Origin: an uncultured Poribacteria bacterium
Lineage (GTDB): Bacteria > Poribacteria > WGA-4E > WGA-3G
DNA length: 64,000 nucleotides
NCBI GenBank assembly: GCA_951813565.1
Contig: OX638351.1
Span: forward strand, 3,008,001-3,072,000
Direction of reading: 5' to 3'
Shown: piece after piece, positions 52,476-63,168 of the stretch
How the letters are laid out: each line of letters starts with the position of its first letter
How positions within the stretch are numbered: the stretch's first letter is position 1
Position numbers and translations under genes: made by a program
Notes under the pieces: model-generated
Seen by the model: the letters and a program-made list of their open reading frames with translations, nothing else
Database searches by the model: none
Told to the model about the DNA's origin: nothing

Positions 52476-55058
52476 ATGAAAATAAGAACAATATGTCATA
52501 ATCAATTACTATTTTTATGTGTTATTGGCCTATTTTTCCATAATGCTTTTACCTACGCTGAAGATACCACTGAATGGATGCCCGACGCTGCTTTGCAACA
52601 GGCGGTGAAAGAAGCACTTGAACTGCCAGCAGCCACCCCGATCACAAAAGAGCAGATGCTATCACTGACGCGTTTAGACGCAAATCACAAGGGGATTGTT
52701 GACATAACGGGTTTAGAGTTCGCTACCAATATAACAATACTACACCTTGGTGGAAGGAACCGTATCACTGACCTCACACCACTTGCCAACTTAATCAACC
52801 TTGTCCAATTACATGTCTGGAACACTCATAATTCAAGGGATACCTACCCAATTATGGATCTTGACATAAATCCACTCGCAGGACTAATTAACTTGGAGAG
52901 GTTATCACTATCAGGTAACGGTATAACGGATATAAGCCCACTTGCTAATATGAAGAAGTTACGCGTTTTGCATCTTACGCATAATCATATTGTGGATTTT
53001 AGCCCACTTGCAGGACTTATAAGTTTGGAGGAGTTAAAGATTAAACATAACTGGGCAACAGATTTTAGTCCGCTGAGTGCTTTAAACCTTACAACCTTTG
53101 AATACGATGAGGATGAAGTTTGCGAACTCCCACCGATTAGTCCGCCTGTTGCCGAACGCATTCAGAATAGAACCTTGCCTTCCATAGTGGGTTTATGGCC
53201 TAAAGGATCCATAGAAGATATTGTCCAATATGATTTCCATTACGGACCCCATTTCTATGTGTGGTGGGACACCACACCAACAGAACCAACTCTTGGATTA
53301 TCAACCCGGTTTGCCGGTGATGTTGAACGGTCAAAAGAGATAGTTCAACAAATGCTCCAACATAATCCAAATATGGTATTTGTTGTTCCAGTTCGTATCC
53401 ACAACCGGATTTGGTTATCGGACCTTCCCGCCGATTCCGACTTTTGGTTGAGAGATGGTGAAGGCAATATAATTCAGAATGCAAATGATGCGTATATGAC
53501 GAATATCTTAAACCCAGAACTGCAGGATCACCTTATTGATCGGATAGTTGCTGTTGCAAAGTGCGGACTTTTTGATGGCATTATGTTAGATGGATTCAAC
53601 AACCACGGCTTAGCAAGTGCGGGGGGCGGTCATAAACCACTTACCCCAGAATTAGCAGATGATGAAGCGATTATTGAGGCGCACATACGCATTTTCCGCG
53701 GTGTCCGTGAACGCGTGCAAGACGACTTTCTGATACTTGTGAATGCAAATCACAGCAAGCCGACACACTATGCTGAATATGTCAACGGCTCTGTGATGGA
53801 ACCCGGTGAAGATTACCTTGGTCACGGTGGAGGCACATACAGACGGCTTCAGGAACTTGATGATGCGCTGCTTTGGAATGAAAAGAATCTACGGGCACCA
53901 CGGCTTAACTGGGCATCAGGCTTTCTTTTTCCAGATCAACCTCCAGACACTCCCGATAATCTGCAGCGAGTGCGTCTCTTTACAACAAGAGGGCTTACAC
54001 TCGCTGATAATGCATATACAGTCGTAAATTATGTGCAAAGGACTTGGGAGACGTGGGCGGATGGCAATAATTTCTGGTTTGATTTCTGGGATGCGGACAT
54101 TGGCAAACCTATTGGTGAAAAAGGGCAACTTTGCGATAAATGCGAAGGACTCTTTATACGCGAGTTTACGAACGGTTGGGCAGTCTACAACCGCAGCGGT
54201 AAGGCACAAACTATCGAGTTACCGATGCGCGCCACCGGTGTGGCAAGTGGTATTACAAGCGCAACACACATCGTTCCCGATTTAGATGGCGAGATGTATC
54301 TGAAACAAGAAGCCAGCACCGACAGCGTTGGCACAGTCAAAGTGTTAGATATTGCGACAGAGGACCACCTACAAGCGGCGTCAGAATGGATGCCGGACCC
54401 CGCATTGCGAGCAGCAATTATAGAGCAATTAGGGTTACCAGCAAACATCCCGCTGACAAAAGATAAAATGCCACGACTAACGCAGCGCCTGATCGCACCC
54501 AATAAAGGCATTGTTGATATAACGGGTTTAGAGTTCGCCACAAATCTAAAGGCTCTGAACCTTGGTAAGAATCATATAACAGACCTACGTCCACTTGCTA
54601 ATCTAACAAATCTTGTGACTTTGCATATTTGGGACGTATCAAAACAGGGCACCGATTCTGCTATAAATCTTGACATCAGCCCGTTATCAAGTCTTATCAA
54701 TTTAGAGGAACTCTCCCTTGAGAGGAATGGCATTTCAGATATAAGCGCGCTTGCGAATATGAAGAAGTTACGTGTTTTGCATCTGTCACATAACTACATC
54801 GTAGATTTTAGTCCGCTTGCGGGACTGACGAATTTGGAAACGTTGTGGATTAATAACAATCCGGCAACAGATTTTAGTCCGCTTGACGCTCTGAATCTCA
54901 CAGACTTACGATACGATGCAGATGTCAACGGTGATGGTGAAATCAATATCTTGGATTTGGTAGCAGTGGCAAATGCATTTGGCAAAGCAGAACCTGATCT
55001 CAATGGTGATGGTGTCGTGAACATACAGGATTTAGTTATTGTGGCGAATGCGCTTTGA
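52476..55058 (+). CDS. Secreted LRR / GHL15-like glycoside hydrolase / LRR / dockerin-like protein (intact)
   Basis: Signal peptide, WMPD cap, internalin-type LRRs, FDGIMLDG, FIREFTNGWAVYNRS, two DxNGDG repeats. Confidence 0.88.
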   Translation: MKIRTICHNQLLFLCVIGLFFHNAFTYAEDTTEWMPDAALQQAVKEALELPAATPITKEQMLSLTRLDANHKGIVDITGLEFATNITILHLGGRNRITDLTPLANLINLVQLHVWNTHNSRDTYPIMDLDINPLAGLINLERLSLSGNGITDISPLANMKKLRVLHLTHNHIVDFSPLAGLISLEELKIKHNWATDFSPLSALNLTTFEYDEDEVCELPPISPPVAERIQNRTLPSIVGLWPKGSIEDIVQYDFHYGPHFYVWWDTTPTEPTLGLSTRFAGDVERSKEIVQQMLQHNPNMVFVVPVRIHNRIWLSDLPADSDFWLRDGEGNIIQNANDAYMTNILNPELQDHLIDRIVAVAKCGLFDGIMLDGFNNHGLASAGGGHKPLTPELADDEAIIEAHIRIFRGVRERVQDDFLILVNANHSKPTHYAEYVNGSVMEPGEDYLGHGGGTYRRLQELDDALLWNEKNLRAPRLNWASGFLFPDQPPDTPDNLQRVRLFTTRGLTLADNAYTVVNYVQRTWETWADGNNFWFDFWDADIGKPIGEKGQLCDKCEGLFIREFTNGWAVYNRSGKAQTIELPMRATGVASGITSATHIVPDLDGEMYLKQEASTDSVGTVKVLDIATEDHLQAASEWMPDPALRAAIIEQLGLPANIPLTKDKMPRLTQRLIAPNKGIVDITGLEFATNLKALNLGKNHITDLRPLANLTNLVTLHIWDVSKQGTDSAINLDISPLSSLINLEELSLERNGISDISALANMKKLRVLHLSHNYIVDFSPLAGLTNLETLWINNNPATDFSPLDALNLTDLRYDADVNGDGEINILDLVAVANAFGKAEPDLNGDGVVNIQDLVIVANAL

Positions 55059-55076
55059 AACCACAAAGGATGCGTT

Positions 55077-55766
55077 ATGGACGTTCTCATACTGGACATA
55101 GGTTGCTCAAACACGAAAAGTTTTGTTTATAGGGGAAACAAGGATTCGGTATTTCTGATTTGGAAAGAGATTGTGCCGACCCCTACAACGGCTAAGGATA
55201 TCCTGACAACTTGCCAAGATTTGGTAAACACTGTCCTGCACGAGGGGTACTATCTTTCAGGTATCCTAACAACCTCCTTTAGCGACTCCGTGATGGCAGA
55301 AACAGAGGCAGGTAAATTGGTATTGCATGCGCCCTTGGATGCGTGTGGTGATGTGTCAAGAGAAATACTGTCTTATATGAAAACTGGCTATTCGTCTCTA
55401 TTTCCGACTCTCCACTGTCGTTTAAATTCGCTTGAGAATAAGTATGGTCCCCTGCGTCGTGCCCTACCGGTCTCAGGATTTGTAAGTGCCTTTCTTTGTG
55501 GCAATACGAAATGGAAAAAGTGGGACTGGACACATGCCAGTAATACCGGCATTTGGAGTCAAACTACGCGAGAATGGATAAATTTGGGTGATAGATTTAG
55601 TGATTTGATCCCAGCAGATACAGTCTCACCGGGAACAATTGTTGGAAAAATGGGACATGTTCCTTCAGGTTTTTATTCGGTGCCATCAGAATTAGGTGCT
55701 CCGAGATTTAACACCGATGTCCTGCCGAGCATGATTCATAATCACGATGGTGTAGTGCTAAGGTAA
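55077..55766 (+). pseudogene. FGGY carbohydrate kinase N-terminal fragment
   Basis: LDIGCSNTK, DWTHASNTGIW; about half normal length. Confidence 0.55.
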
Positions 55767-55871
55767 AGAGTGGAAAAGGAGAAGGCGGAAAGAATGGAAG
55801 GTAATCGGTTATCGGCAGTCAGAAGAGTCCCGAAACCTGAAAACTGAAAGTCGAAAACTAATATAAGGATT

Positions 55872-58484
55872 TTATTGTCCAAACGCATTCGCAACAATAA
55901 CAAGGTCTTGAATATTCACAACACCATCGCCATTGATATCAGGTTCTGCCTTACCAAATGCATTTGCGACTATCACTAAATCCTGTATGTTTACAACACC
56001 ATCATTGTTAACATCCGCATCGTGTTGAAAATCTGTTAGATTTAAACTGGCAAGCGGACTAAAATCGGTGCCTGGGTTATTCTTAATCCATAAAGTACGT
56101 AAGTTTGTAAGCCCTGCAAGCGGACTAAAGTCCTCTATCTGATTATGTGTGAGAGCTAAGAACTGTAGTTTCTTCAGTCCAGCGAGGGGTCTTATATCCG
56201 AAATACCGTTATTTTCAAGGGATAGCACCTCTAAGTTGATAAGTCCTGCGATCGGACTAATGTCAAGGTCTGTCACCGGATCAGTCTCATTTGTAGGTGT
56301 ATGCCAAACGTGTAATTGGACGAGATTTATCAAGTTTGCGACCGGACGTAGGTCTGTTATCCTGTTCCTACCGCCAAGATGTAGTATCTTTAGGTTCGTG
56401 GCATGTTCTAACCCTGTGATATCAACAATGCCTTTGTCGTTTGCCTGTAAGCGTGTCAACCACAGCATTTTGTCTTTTGTTAAGGGAATATGTGTTGCGA
56501 GTTCCAGTTGTTCGCGCACTGCCGCTCGCAAAGCAGCGTCCGGCATCCATTCTGATGGATCTTCTTGTGGATCTCCCGTTGGGGTGTCTAACACAATGAC
56601 AGCCCCGCTTTCGTTGGTGCTGGTTTCCTGTTTCAGATAGATTTCGCCATCCAAATCGGGGACAGTGTGTTGGGTACCAATTATGCTACTTGCGACACCG
56701 GTGGCTTGCATCGGTAATTTGATAGTCTGTGCCTGACCACTGCGATTATAGACAGCCCAGCCGTTTGTGAACTCCCGGATAAAAAGCCCTTCACAGTTGT
56801 CACAAAGTTGGCCTTTTTCACCAAGAGACTTGCCGAGATCGGCATCCCAGAAAGAATACCAAATATGCCCGTGGTCAGAACCTGTTCCCCCGAATTTCGA
56901 TGCCCCAGTCGTGTATACGATATATCCATCTGAATGTGTAAGACTCATGGTTGTGAATACACGCATCCAACGCTGGTTGGTTGGACTATCAGGCGATTCT
57001 ATTCTCATGCCTGCACCTTCTAAGCAGTTAATTTGTGGCGCGCGTAGATTCTTTTCTGACCATAGCAAAGTGCTTTCAATCTCTGCGAGTCCTTTGTATG
57101 TGTAACCATACGGATAATCTGGATCAAGTTCCATAAATGTGCCATTAAGATACTCGGCGTAAGCCGTCAGTTTTGATTTGTTCGCATTCGCGAGTATCAA
57201 AAAGTCATCCGGCACGCGTGCGCGCGCTTCACGAAAAATACGGGTCAACGCAGCAATAATCTCTTCATCGGTTATTTCTGGGCGCGTCTCTCTACCTGCA
57301 AAACCCGTATTATTATTTAATCCATCGAACATGACACCATTATAAAGTCCACAATTCGCGATACCCACAATTTTTTCCACAATTCGATCCTGAACATGCG
57401 GTTTTAAGAAGTCTATTTGATATTCCTTCCAACCTCTTGGGTGATCGAATACGACAATTTCACCGTTAGCGTCTCTGACCCAAAAGTCCGAATCGGGTGG
57501 AAAGTCCGAGAAACTCAGGGGACTGTAGTGATTTATTATATGAAGAAAAAGAAGATTTGGGTTAATGTCAAGTTGTCTCTGGCGTCTCTCTTTTGTAACT
57601 TCAAATTCACCAGCAAGCCGAGTTGCTAAACCTTTTGTAGGTTCTGTTGCTGTTATATCCCATTCCAAACCTAAAATGTTACCATCAAAAAAGAGATCAT
57701 GCATCGCAAGGCGTTGGTCGTAAACCAAAGGGTCATGCCAAATATGCCCTGATGTTCCACTTTCTCCTAATACAGTTAGCGATTCCCACGGTTGGAAAAC
57801 AGAGGGAAAACTTCTGTTTTTAATGCGTTCAATAACAGGAGCGCCAAGCGGTGTGGGATCACACACCATATCGTAGCGAAAATCTGTGAGGTTTAAAGCA
57901 GCAAGTGGACTAAAATCAGTTCCCCAATTGTTTATAATCCACAACTTCCGTAGATTCACAAGCCCTGATAGTGGGCTAAAATCCTCTATGTGGTTATGTG
58001 TAAGATGCAAAGCGCGAAGATTCTTTAACCCTGAAAGCGGACTTATATCAGTAATGCCGTTTCCCTCCAGTGAGAGAAATTCCAAGTTTATGAGATTTGC
58101 GAGTGGGCTTATATCGAGGTTTGTAACGGGTCCCTTATATCCATCGGTGTGCCAAATATGCAGACTCACGAGGTTCGTGAGATTTGTAAGCGGTCGTAAG
58201 TCTGCGATGTGATTGTTATTACCACCGATAAATAACTGTCTAAGATTCGTAGCAAATTCAAGTCCTGTAAGATCAACAATGCCACGATGGTTACCATTTA
58301 AATGTTTCAGAGATACCATCTGTTCTTTTGTCAGCGGGGCATCTGCTGGCAGTTCCAGTGCTTCTCTCACCGCCTACTGCAAAGCAGCGTCGGGCATCCA
58401 CTCACTTACATCTTCAGCGAAGGCACTCACACAAAGTAAAACAACAAGAATCAAAACAGCAACATATTTTTTAATGATAGGCAT
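55872..58484 (-). pseudogene. LRR / GHL15-like / LRR / dockerin-like paralog with an in-frame TAG at 58374-58376
   Basis: RBS gaggag + MPIIKKYVAVLIL… signal peptide in frame; AALQ*AVRE versus AALQQAVKE in the paralog. Confidence 0.82.
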
Positions 58485-58824
58485 AATCCGCTCCTCAGGT
58501 TGATAATACCTTTTCCATCTGAATAAGTCAAGAAAAATAATGTGCAAGGGTGTGTAAAGTTTTTGTCACTAAATGGTTCTGTAGATTATGTAAAGTTTTT
58601 GGTATTAACCGTTGCTTTCTTGTTGGATGGATTTTCAACCCCGATTTCTTAATTGCCACAAACGTGTTGGACATTGACTTGGGTCTCTTCTGTAGGAGCG
58701 ACCTCCTGGTCGCGACCCGACGAATGCCATGCGCGCATTCGGTGTAGTGCTATCGATTATTCAGACCATAAAATCGTAAAGTTAAGTCAACTGTTTTGCT
58801 CAAATTCTACGGGTGTTAAATAAT

Positions 58825-59914
58825 CAGGACTTACGCAGTCTTGAAGATTATTGAAGGATTTGAGAGTTGATGTCGTAAATAATCGTCCAATAAGCTATCT
58901 TTAAGCTCATAAATTGTTCTACCAACTGCACGGGCAGTGCGTGTCAAACAGACCCATACTTGAAAACAACACGCAATATGATTTCTTTGCGCACGCAACT
59001 TGCGACATTGACATTTACCAATACCAGTGACTTGTTTGATCTCACGATGAAATTGCTCAATCTTCCAACGCACTTTACATTCTTGGATTGTGGCATCCGC
59101 ATCTGATTGAGATAAATCGTTTGTAGCGATATATACCTTGTGTCCGTTAGAGGACGCTATCCGGAACAACTTCACTTGATGTCCATTTGGAAACTTATTG
59201 ATGTGCACTCGTTTTCCTTGTCGTATTTCTGTTTGGGTCCAACATAAATCTTGGACTTGTTGGTGTTGTTCAACACCATCCGTATCATTGACAAGACGAT
59301 TACGCTTGAGAGGCACATAGTAAATCTTGGAAAGTTTTTCAATCGCTTTGATGACTTTCATTGACGCATACCAAGCATCCATGAGCACAGTCCGAAACGG
59401 GAGTTGTTTTTTCAAGTAGACATTGTGCAACATTTCCAGTAAATGGTCTATTTTGGTTTTACCATCATGATCTTTGTCAAAAATACGATAATCAATGATC
59501 CAATATTCTTGCGTCTTTGGATTGACATAAAGACACGTGACAATACCGATGCCTACAACGACTTTTTTGTCGCTACCACTCCATTGAGAACGAAGGGCTT
59601 CAATCTCTTTGGCATGGAGTTTAGGAAGCACAAAATCATCAAAAACTATGTATCCTTCATCATCATACTCAATGTCATCCTTTACGGATTGCCAGAGTTC
59701 GTTGGAAGGAATGTTTTCATTTCTCAAGAAACGATTGAGTTGATCGTGGCTCCATTTTTCTGTCCGAGCAGCAAAGTAGGTTTGTGTCCAATTCGTGACA
59801 CTTGCTATCAAAAACTGACAATAATCGGAAAATAGGTTTTCCTTCTTTTGAGAGTGGGAAAATGTAATCATAATAGAATAGTATACACCATTTTATAAAA
59901 ATGCGTAAGTCCTG
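58825..59914 (-). mobile_element. IS701-family insertion sequence
   Basis: IR caggacttacgca/tgcgtaagtcctg around the transposase. Confidence 0.82.
58831..59871 (-). CDS. IS701-family transposase
   Basis: YCQFL, SHDQLNRFL, VFDD, LMDAWY, RWKIEQFHRE, CQCRKLRAQRNHI. Confidence 0.9.
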   Translation of the reverse strand: MITFSHSQKKENLFSDYCQFLIASVTNWTQTYFAARTEKWSHDQLNRFLRNENIPSNELWQSVKDDIEYDDEGYIVFDDFVLPKLHAKEIEALRSQWSGSDKKVVVGIGIVTCLYVNPKTQEYWIIDYRIFDKDHDGKTKIDHLLEMLHNVYLKKQLPFRTVLMDAWYASMKVIKAIEKLSKIYYVPLKRNRLVNDTDGVEQHQQVQDLCWTQTEIRQGKRVHINKFPNGHQVKLFRIASSNGHKVYIATNDLSQSDADATIQECKVRWKIEQFHREIKQVTGIGKCQCRKLRAQRNHIACCFQVWVCLTRTARAVGRTIYELKDSLLDDYLRHQLSNPSIIFKTA

Positions 59915-59961
59915 AGTATCAAACTCACGTTTAAATTACTTCCAAGACGGTTGAATTGTTG

Positions 59962-60419
59962 GGTTTCGCTTTGCTCTACTCATAGGCGTCAATTTTAGTA
60001 TATATCCTATTGTGGGAGTGAATCAACGCAGCATGCGCGTATGGCATGCTGCCAAATCAACGCCAAATGCGCTTTTTGGCATTTGTCGGGTTTTCAACCC
60101 CGATATAACGGTTTGAGTCTCACAATATCGGGCTTAGAAAGCCCTCCTACAAGAAAATCAGACACTAAATTGAAGCCTATAGGTTTCGCTTTGCTCTACT
60201 CATAGGCGTCAATTTTAGTATATATCCTATTGTGGGAGTGAATCAACGCAGCATGCGCGTATGGCATGCTGCCAAATCAACGCCAAATGCGCTTTTTGGC
60301 ATTTGTCGGGTTTTCAACCCCGATATAACGGTTTGAGTCTCACAATATCGGGCTTAGAAAGCCCTCCCACAAGAAAATCAGGCACTAAATTGACGCCTAT
60401 GGGTTTCGCTTCGCTCTAC
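59962..60419. repeat. Tandem 220-bp duplication of a composite MITE/REP
   Basis: Units start 59962, 60182 and 60402 (partial); inner IR cataggcgtcaattt/aaattgacgcctatg. Confidence 0.88.
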
Positions 60420-60518
60420 CCAACGGACATCTACATTTAGGTCTAATTATCAAACTCACGTTATATTATAAATCGTAGGGACAGAGAAGGGAACAGTGTA
60501 AATTAGACTGATTTGGTG

Positions 60519-61895
60519 TTATCCTGTTACTTCAGAAATAGCACGGTAGGTAATATCAAGGAGGGAATCCAATTCTGAAATCGAAATTTGTAAAGGTGGC
60601 ATCAGGACGATGGTATTGACAAGCGGGCGGAGTATTGCACCTTGAGCAAGCGCAGCTTTGCATACCCGGATACCTACCTTCTCTTCAAATGGATAAGGGG
60701 TGTAAGTGTCTGGATTTTTCATTAATTCTATACCAGCAGCCATACCGCAAACACGCACGTCACCGACATGTGGCACCTTGTAGAATTCCTGAAGACATTT
60801 GTTGAAATGTTTGATCGTTATTTGAAGGCAGTCAAGGAGATTTTCTCGTTCAAAAATTGCTATATTTTCTAACGCCACAGCACATGCTAATGGGTTTCCA
60901 GTAAAAGTGTGCCCATGAAAAAAAGTCTTGAGGGCACGATATTCGCCAAGGAAGGCGTTATAGATTTCATCGGTGGTCAATGTTGCTGCGAGTGGAAGAT
61001 AACCGGCTGCGAGTCCTTTTGCAGTACATAAAAGGTCAGGTGTAACGTTTTCATGTTCACATGCCCACATTTTCCCGGTGCGTCCCAGCCCTGTCATCAC
61101 TTCATCAACAATCAGTAGAGTTTCCCACTTTTTTGTTAAGGCAGTAAGTTCCTTCAGAAATCCTTTCGGGGAAATTAACATACCTCCTGCCCCTTGTATC
61201 AACGGCTCTAAAATGATTCCCGCAATTTGTCCACTGTGTTCCGATAATGCGCGTTCTACCGCATTAAGCCAATGAGTTTTCGTCAGTTCAGTAGAAGCGT
61301 TCCGAGATGTGTCTGCAGATTTAGAAGGGCGATAGGTTTCAGGAGCGGATACGCGGATACTTCTAAAAAGGAGAGAATTGAATGTGTTATGAAAACTCTT
61401 AATACCACCGACACTCATAGCACCAACTGTGTCCCCGTGGTAGGCTTTATCAAAATGGACAAATAACTTACGTTGCGGTTGCCCCTTATGCTGCCAATAC
61501 TGATACGCCATCTTCAGTGCAACTTCAACCGCTGTTGAACCGTTATCGGAATAAAAAACTTTGTTGAGACCTGTGGGTGTAATTTCAACAAGTTTTTGGG
61601 CAAGTTGAATGGCTGGGATGTTGCTGTACCCAAGCAGTGTGGAATGTGCAATCTTGTCTAATTGTGTCTTAAGTGCGGTGTTCAGTTCAGGATGGTTGTG
61701 TCCGTGAACATTTGTCCACATAGAGGCAATCCCATCAAGATATCGATTCCCATTAATATCAATCAGGTATACCCCTTCGCCGCGTTCAACGATAATCGGT
61801 TCCTCTGCCAGCCAATCACGCATCTGTGTGAAAGGATGCCAAAGGTAATTTTTATCCCAAGCGACTAACTTCTCTCTATCCCTTAAGCTTTGCAT
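60519..61895 (-). CDS. bioA: Adenosylmethionine-8-amino-7-oxononanoate aminotransferase
   Basis: LWHPFTQM, SDNGSTAVEVALKMA, YHGDT, DEVMTG, TAKGL, HGHTFTGNP. Confidence 0.93.
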   Translation of the reverse strand: MQSLRDREKLVAWDKNYLWHPFTQMRDWLAEEPIIVERGEGVYLIDINGNRYLDGIASMWTNVHGHNHPELNTALKTQLDKIAHSTLLGYSNIPAIQLAQKLVEITPTGLNKVFYSDNGSTAVEVALKMAYQYWQHKGQPQRKLFVHFDKAYHGDTVGAMSVGGIKSFHNTFNSLLFRSIRVSAPETYRPSKSADTSRNASTELTKTHWLNAVERALSEHSGQIAGIILEPLIQGAGGMLISPKGFLKELTALTKKWETLLIVDEVMTGLGRTGKMWACEHENVTPDLLCTAKGLAAGYLPLAATLTTDEIYNAFLGEYRALKTFFHGHTFTGNPLACAVALENIAIFERENLLDCLQITIKHFNKCLQEFYKVPHVGDVRVCGMAAGIELMKNPDTYTPYPFEEKVGIRVCKAALAQGAILRPLVNTIVLMPPLQISISELDSLLDITYRAISEVTG

Positions 61896-63168
61896 AGTGA
61901 ATAGGTTGTTCTAACGCAAGTTCATCATACGTTCCTGTCTTCGGTACGATAATTTCAAGCATCCTATTCCTATATTTTGCGTGGAAATCTTCGGGTTGTC
62001 CCTGAATAGGAAAGATATTTCTAAAGCCATCTGGAAATGAACTGGTACGCCCAACGACCTTCTCAAATCGCGGATCTGCAAATTGTTGAGGTTTGTCAGG
62101 ATTCCTTGGAAGATGCGTTTGTACGGTCACAACGCTTTCTGGTGTAGGGGACGCATCCGGAGCAAAAGGAGAACTGAGATAAACTTCATAGTCATAATGT
62201 GGCATTCTATCCGGGAGTTCATACGTTTCTTTAGCAGAAGAATCTGGTACCCATTGTGGAAATTCAATCTCTATCCGATAATAGTCTGCCATTTCCAAAA
62301 CACGATTGACCATTCCATAACGGCGGTATCGTTCTTTTATATCATCGGAGAAAATTGAACCATCGGTCTGAACAGCACCGGGCATTGTTGTTCGCTGTGC
62401 TGCGGGGTCGTTTACCAGAGCAGAGCGCATCGCTTTGAGAACCGGTGTAGCAAAGAGTGAGGGTATCCATCCGTAGAAAGAGGCGCCATAGCGAGCTTGT
62501 TCATCGTCAGGTGCTGAAGTGAGTTCTGCTTTAAAACGAAACATACCTTCAGCAATAGCAATAACTATTCCTAAAAAGATCATAAGATTGCCTGTGGGGG
62601 TAAAAAGGCTGACATTGCCTTGCTTCACTCCGATGAAGAAAAGCACGAGTGGATACAGAATCAGATTGATTAAACTGTTTATGCCTGTTGAAACAGCAGC
62701 ACTGAAAACACGAGGATTTCCTGCCATGTCTTCTAACTGTGCTTTGAAACTCGCTGAGAACGCACCCAAGATCGGTTGTCCAAGCATGGTTAGCAAACCC
62801 AAAGGCGCACGTAGCGATGATCCGACTGCATTTGGCAGCTGCACAAATTCTTCAGGAATACCTTGTTCTTTACCTTTACTTTGTCCTGTGCCGTCAGCTC
62901 CGTCATCTGTTTTCTCAGGATAAACAAATGTCTCAAAGAATTTGCTGTTTATATCAATATATGATTCCCACTGGCTTGGCACTTCACTTTCCATATAGAT
63001 TGCTTCCACAGGACATGCAGGAACACACGCTGCACAGTCAATACACACACCGGGATCAATGTAAAGCTGATTTTCGCCTTCAACGGTATGTATGCAATTC
63101 ACTGGACAAGCCTCAACACATGCGGTGTCCTTTACGTCTATACAAGGTTCACAAATTATGTATGCCAT
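61876..63168 (-). CDS. Ferredoxin-membrane-Hsp20-like fusion protein
   Basis: N-terminal CEPC…CVEACPVNC…CIDCAACVPACP; TM segments; C-terminal AKYRNRMLEIIVPK. Confidence 0.7.
   Translation of the reverse strand: MAYIICEPCIDVKDTACVEACPVNCIHTVEGENQLYIDPGVCIDCAACVPACPVEAIYMESEVPSQWESYIDINSKFFETFVYPEKTDDGADGTGQSKGKEQGIPEEFVQLPNAVGSSLRAPLGLLTMLGQPILGAFSASFKAQLEDMAGNPRVFSAAVSTGINSLINLILYPLVLFFIGVKQGNVSLFTPTGNLMIFLGIVIAIAEGMFRFKAELTSAPDDEQARYGASFYGWIPSLFATPVLKAMRSALVNDPAAQRTTMPGAVQTDGSIFSDDIKERYRRYGMVNRVLEMADYYRIEIEFPQWVPDSSAKETYELPDRMPHYDYEVYLSSPFAPDASPTPESVVTVQTHLPRNPDKPQQFADPRFEKVVGRTSSFPDGFRNIFPIQGQPEDFHAKYRNRMLEIIVPKTGTYDELALEQPIHYAKLKG

Noticed and set aside
55800..55860. Degenerate heptamer run (ctgaaaa/ctgaaag)
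   Set aside because: Too short and degenerate to call.
58374..58376. Pyrrolysine or recoding readthrough of the in-frame TAG
   Set aside because: The paralog has CAG at this site, other genes end in TAG, and no pyl genes are visible; a point mutation is simpler.
3607..58484. Diversity-generating retroelement as the cause of near-identical LRR segments
   Set aside because: No reverse transcriptase in the window, and the mismatches are too few to show adenine-specific mutagenesis.
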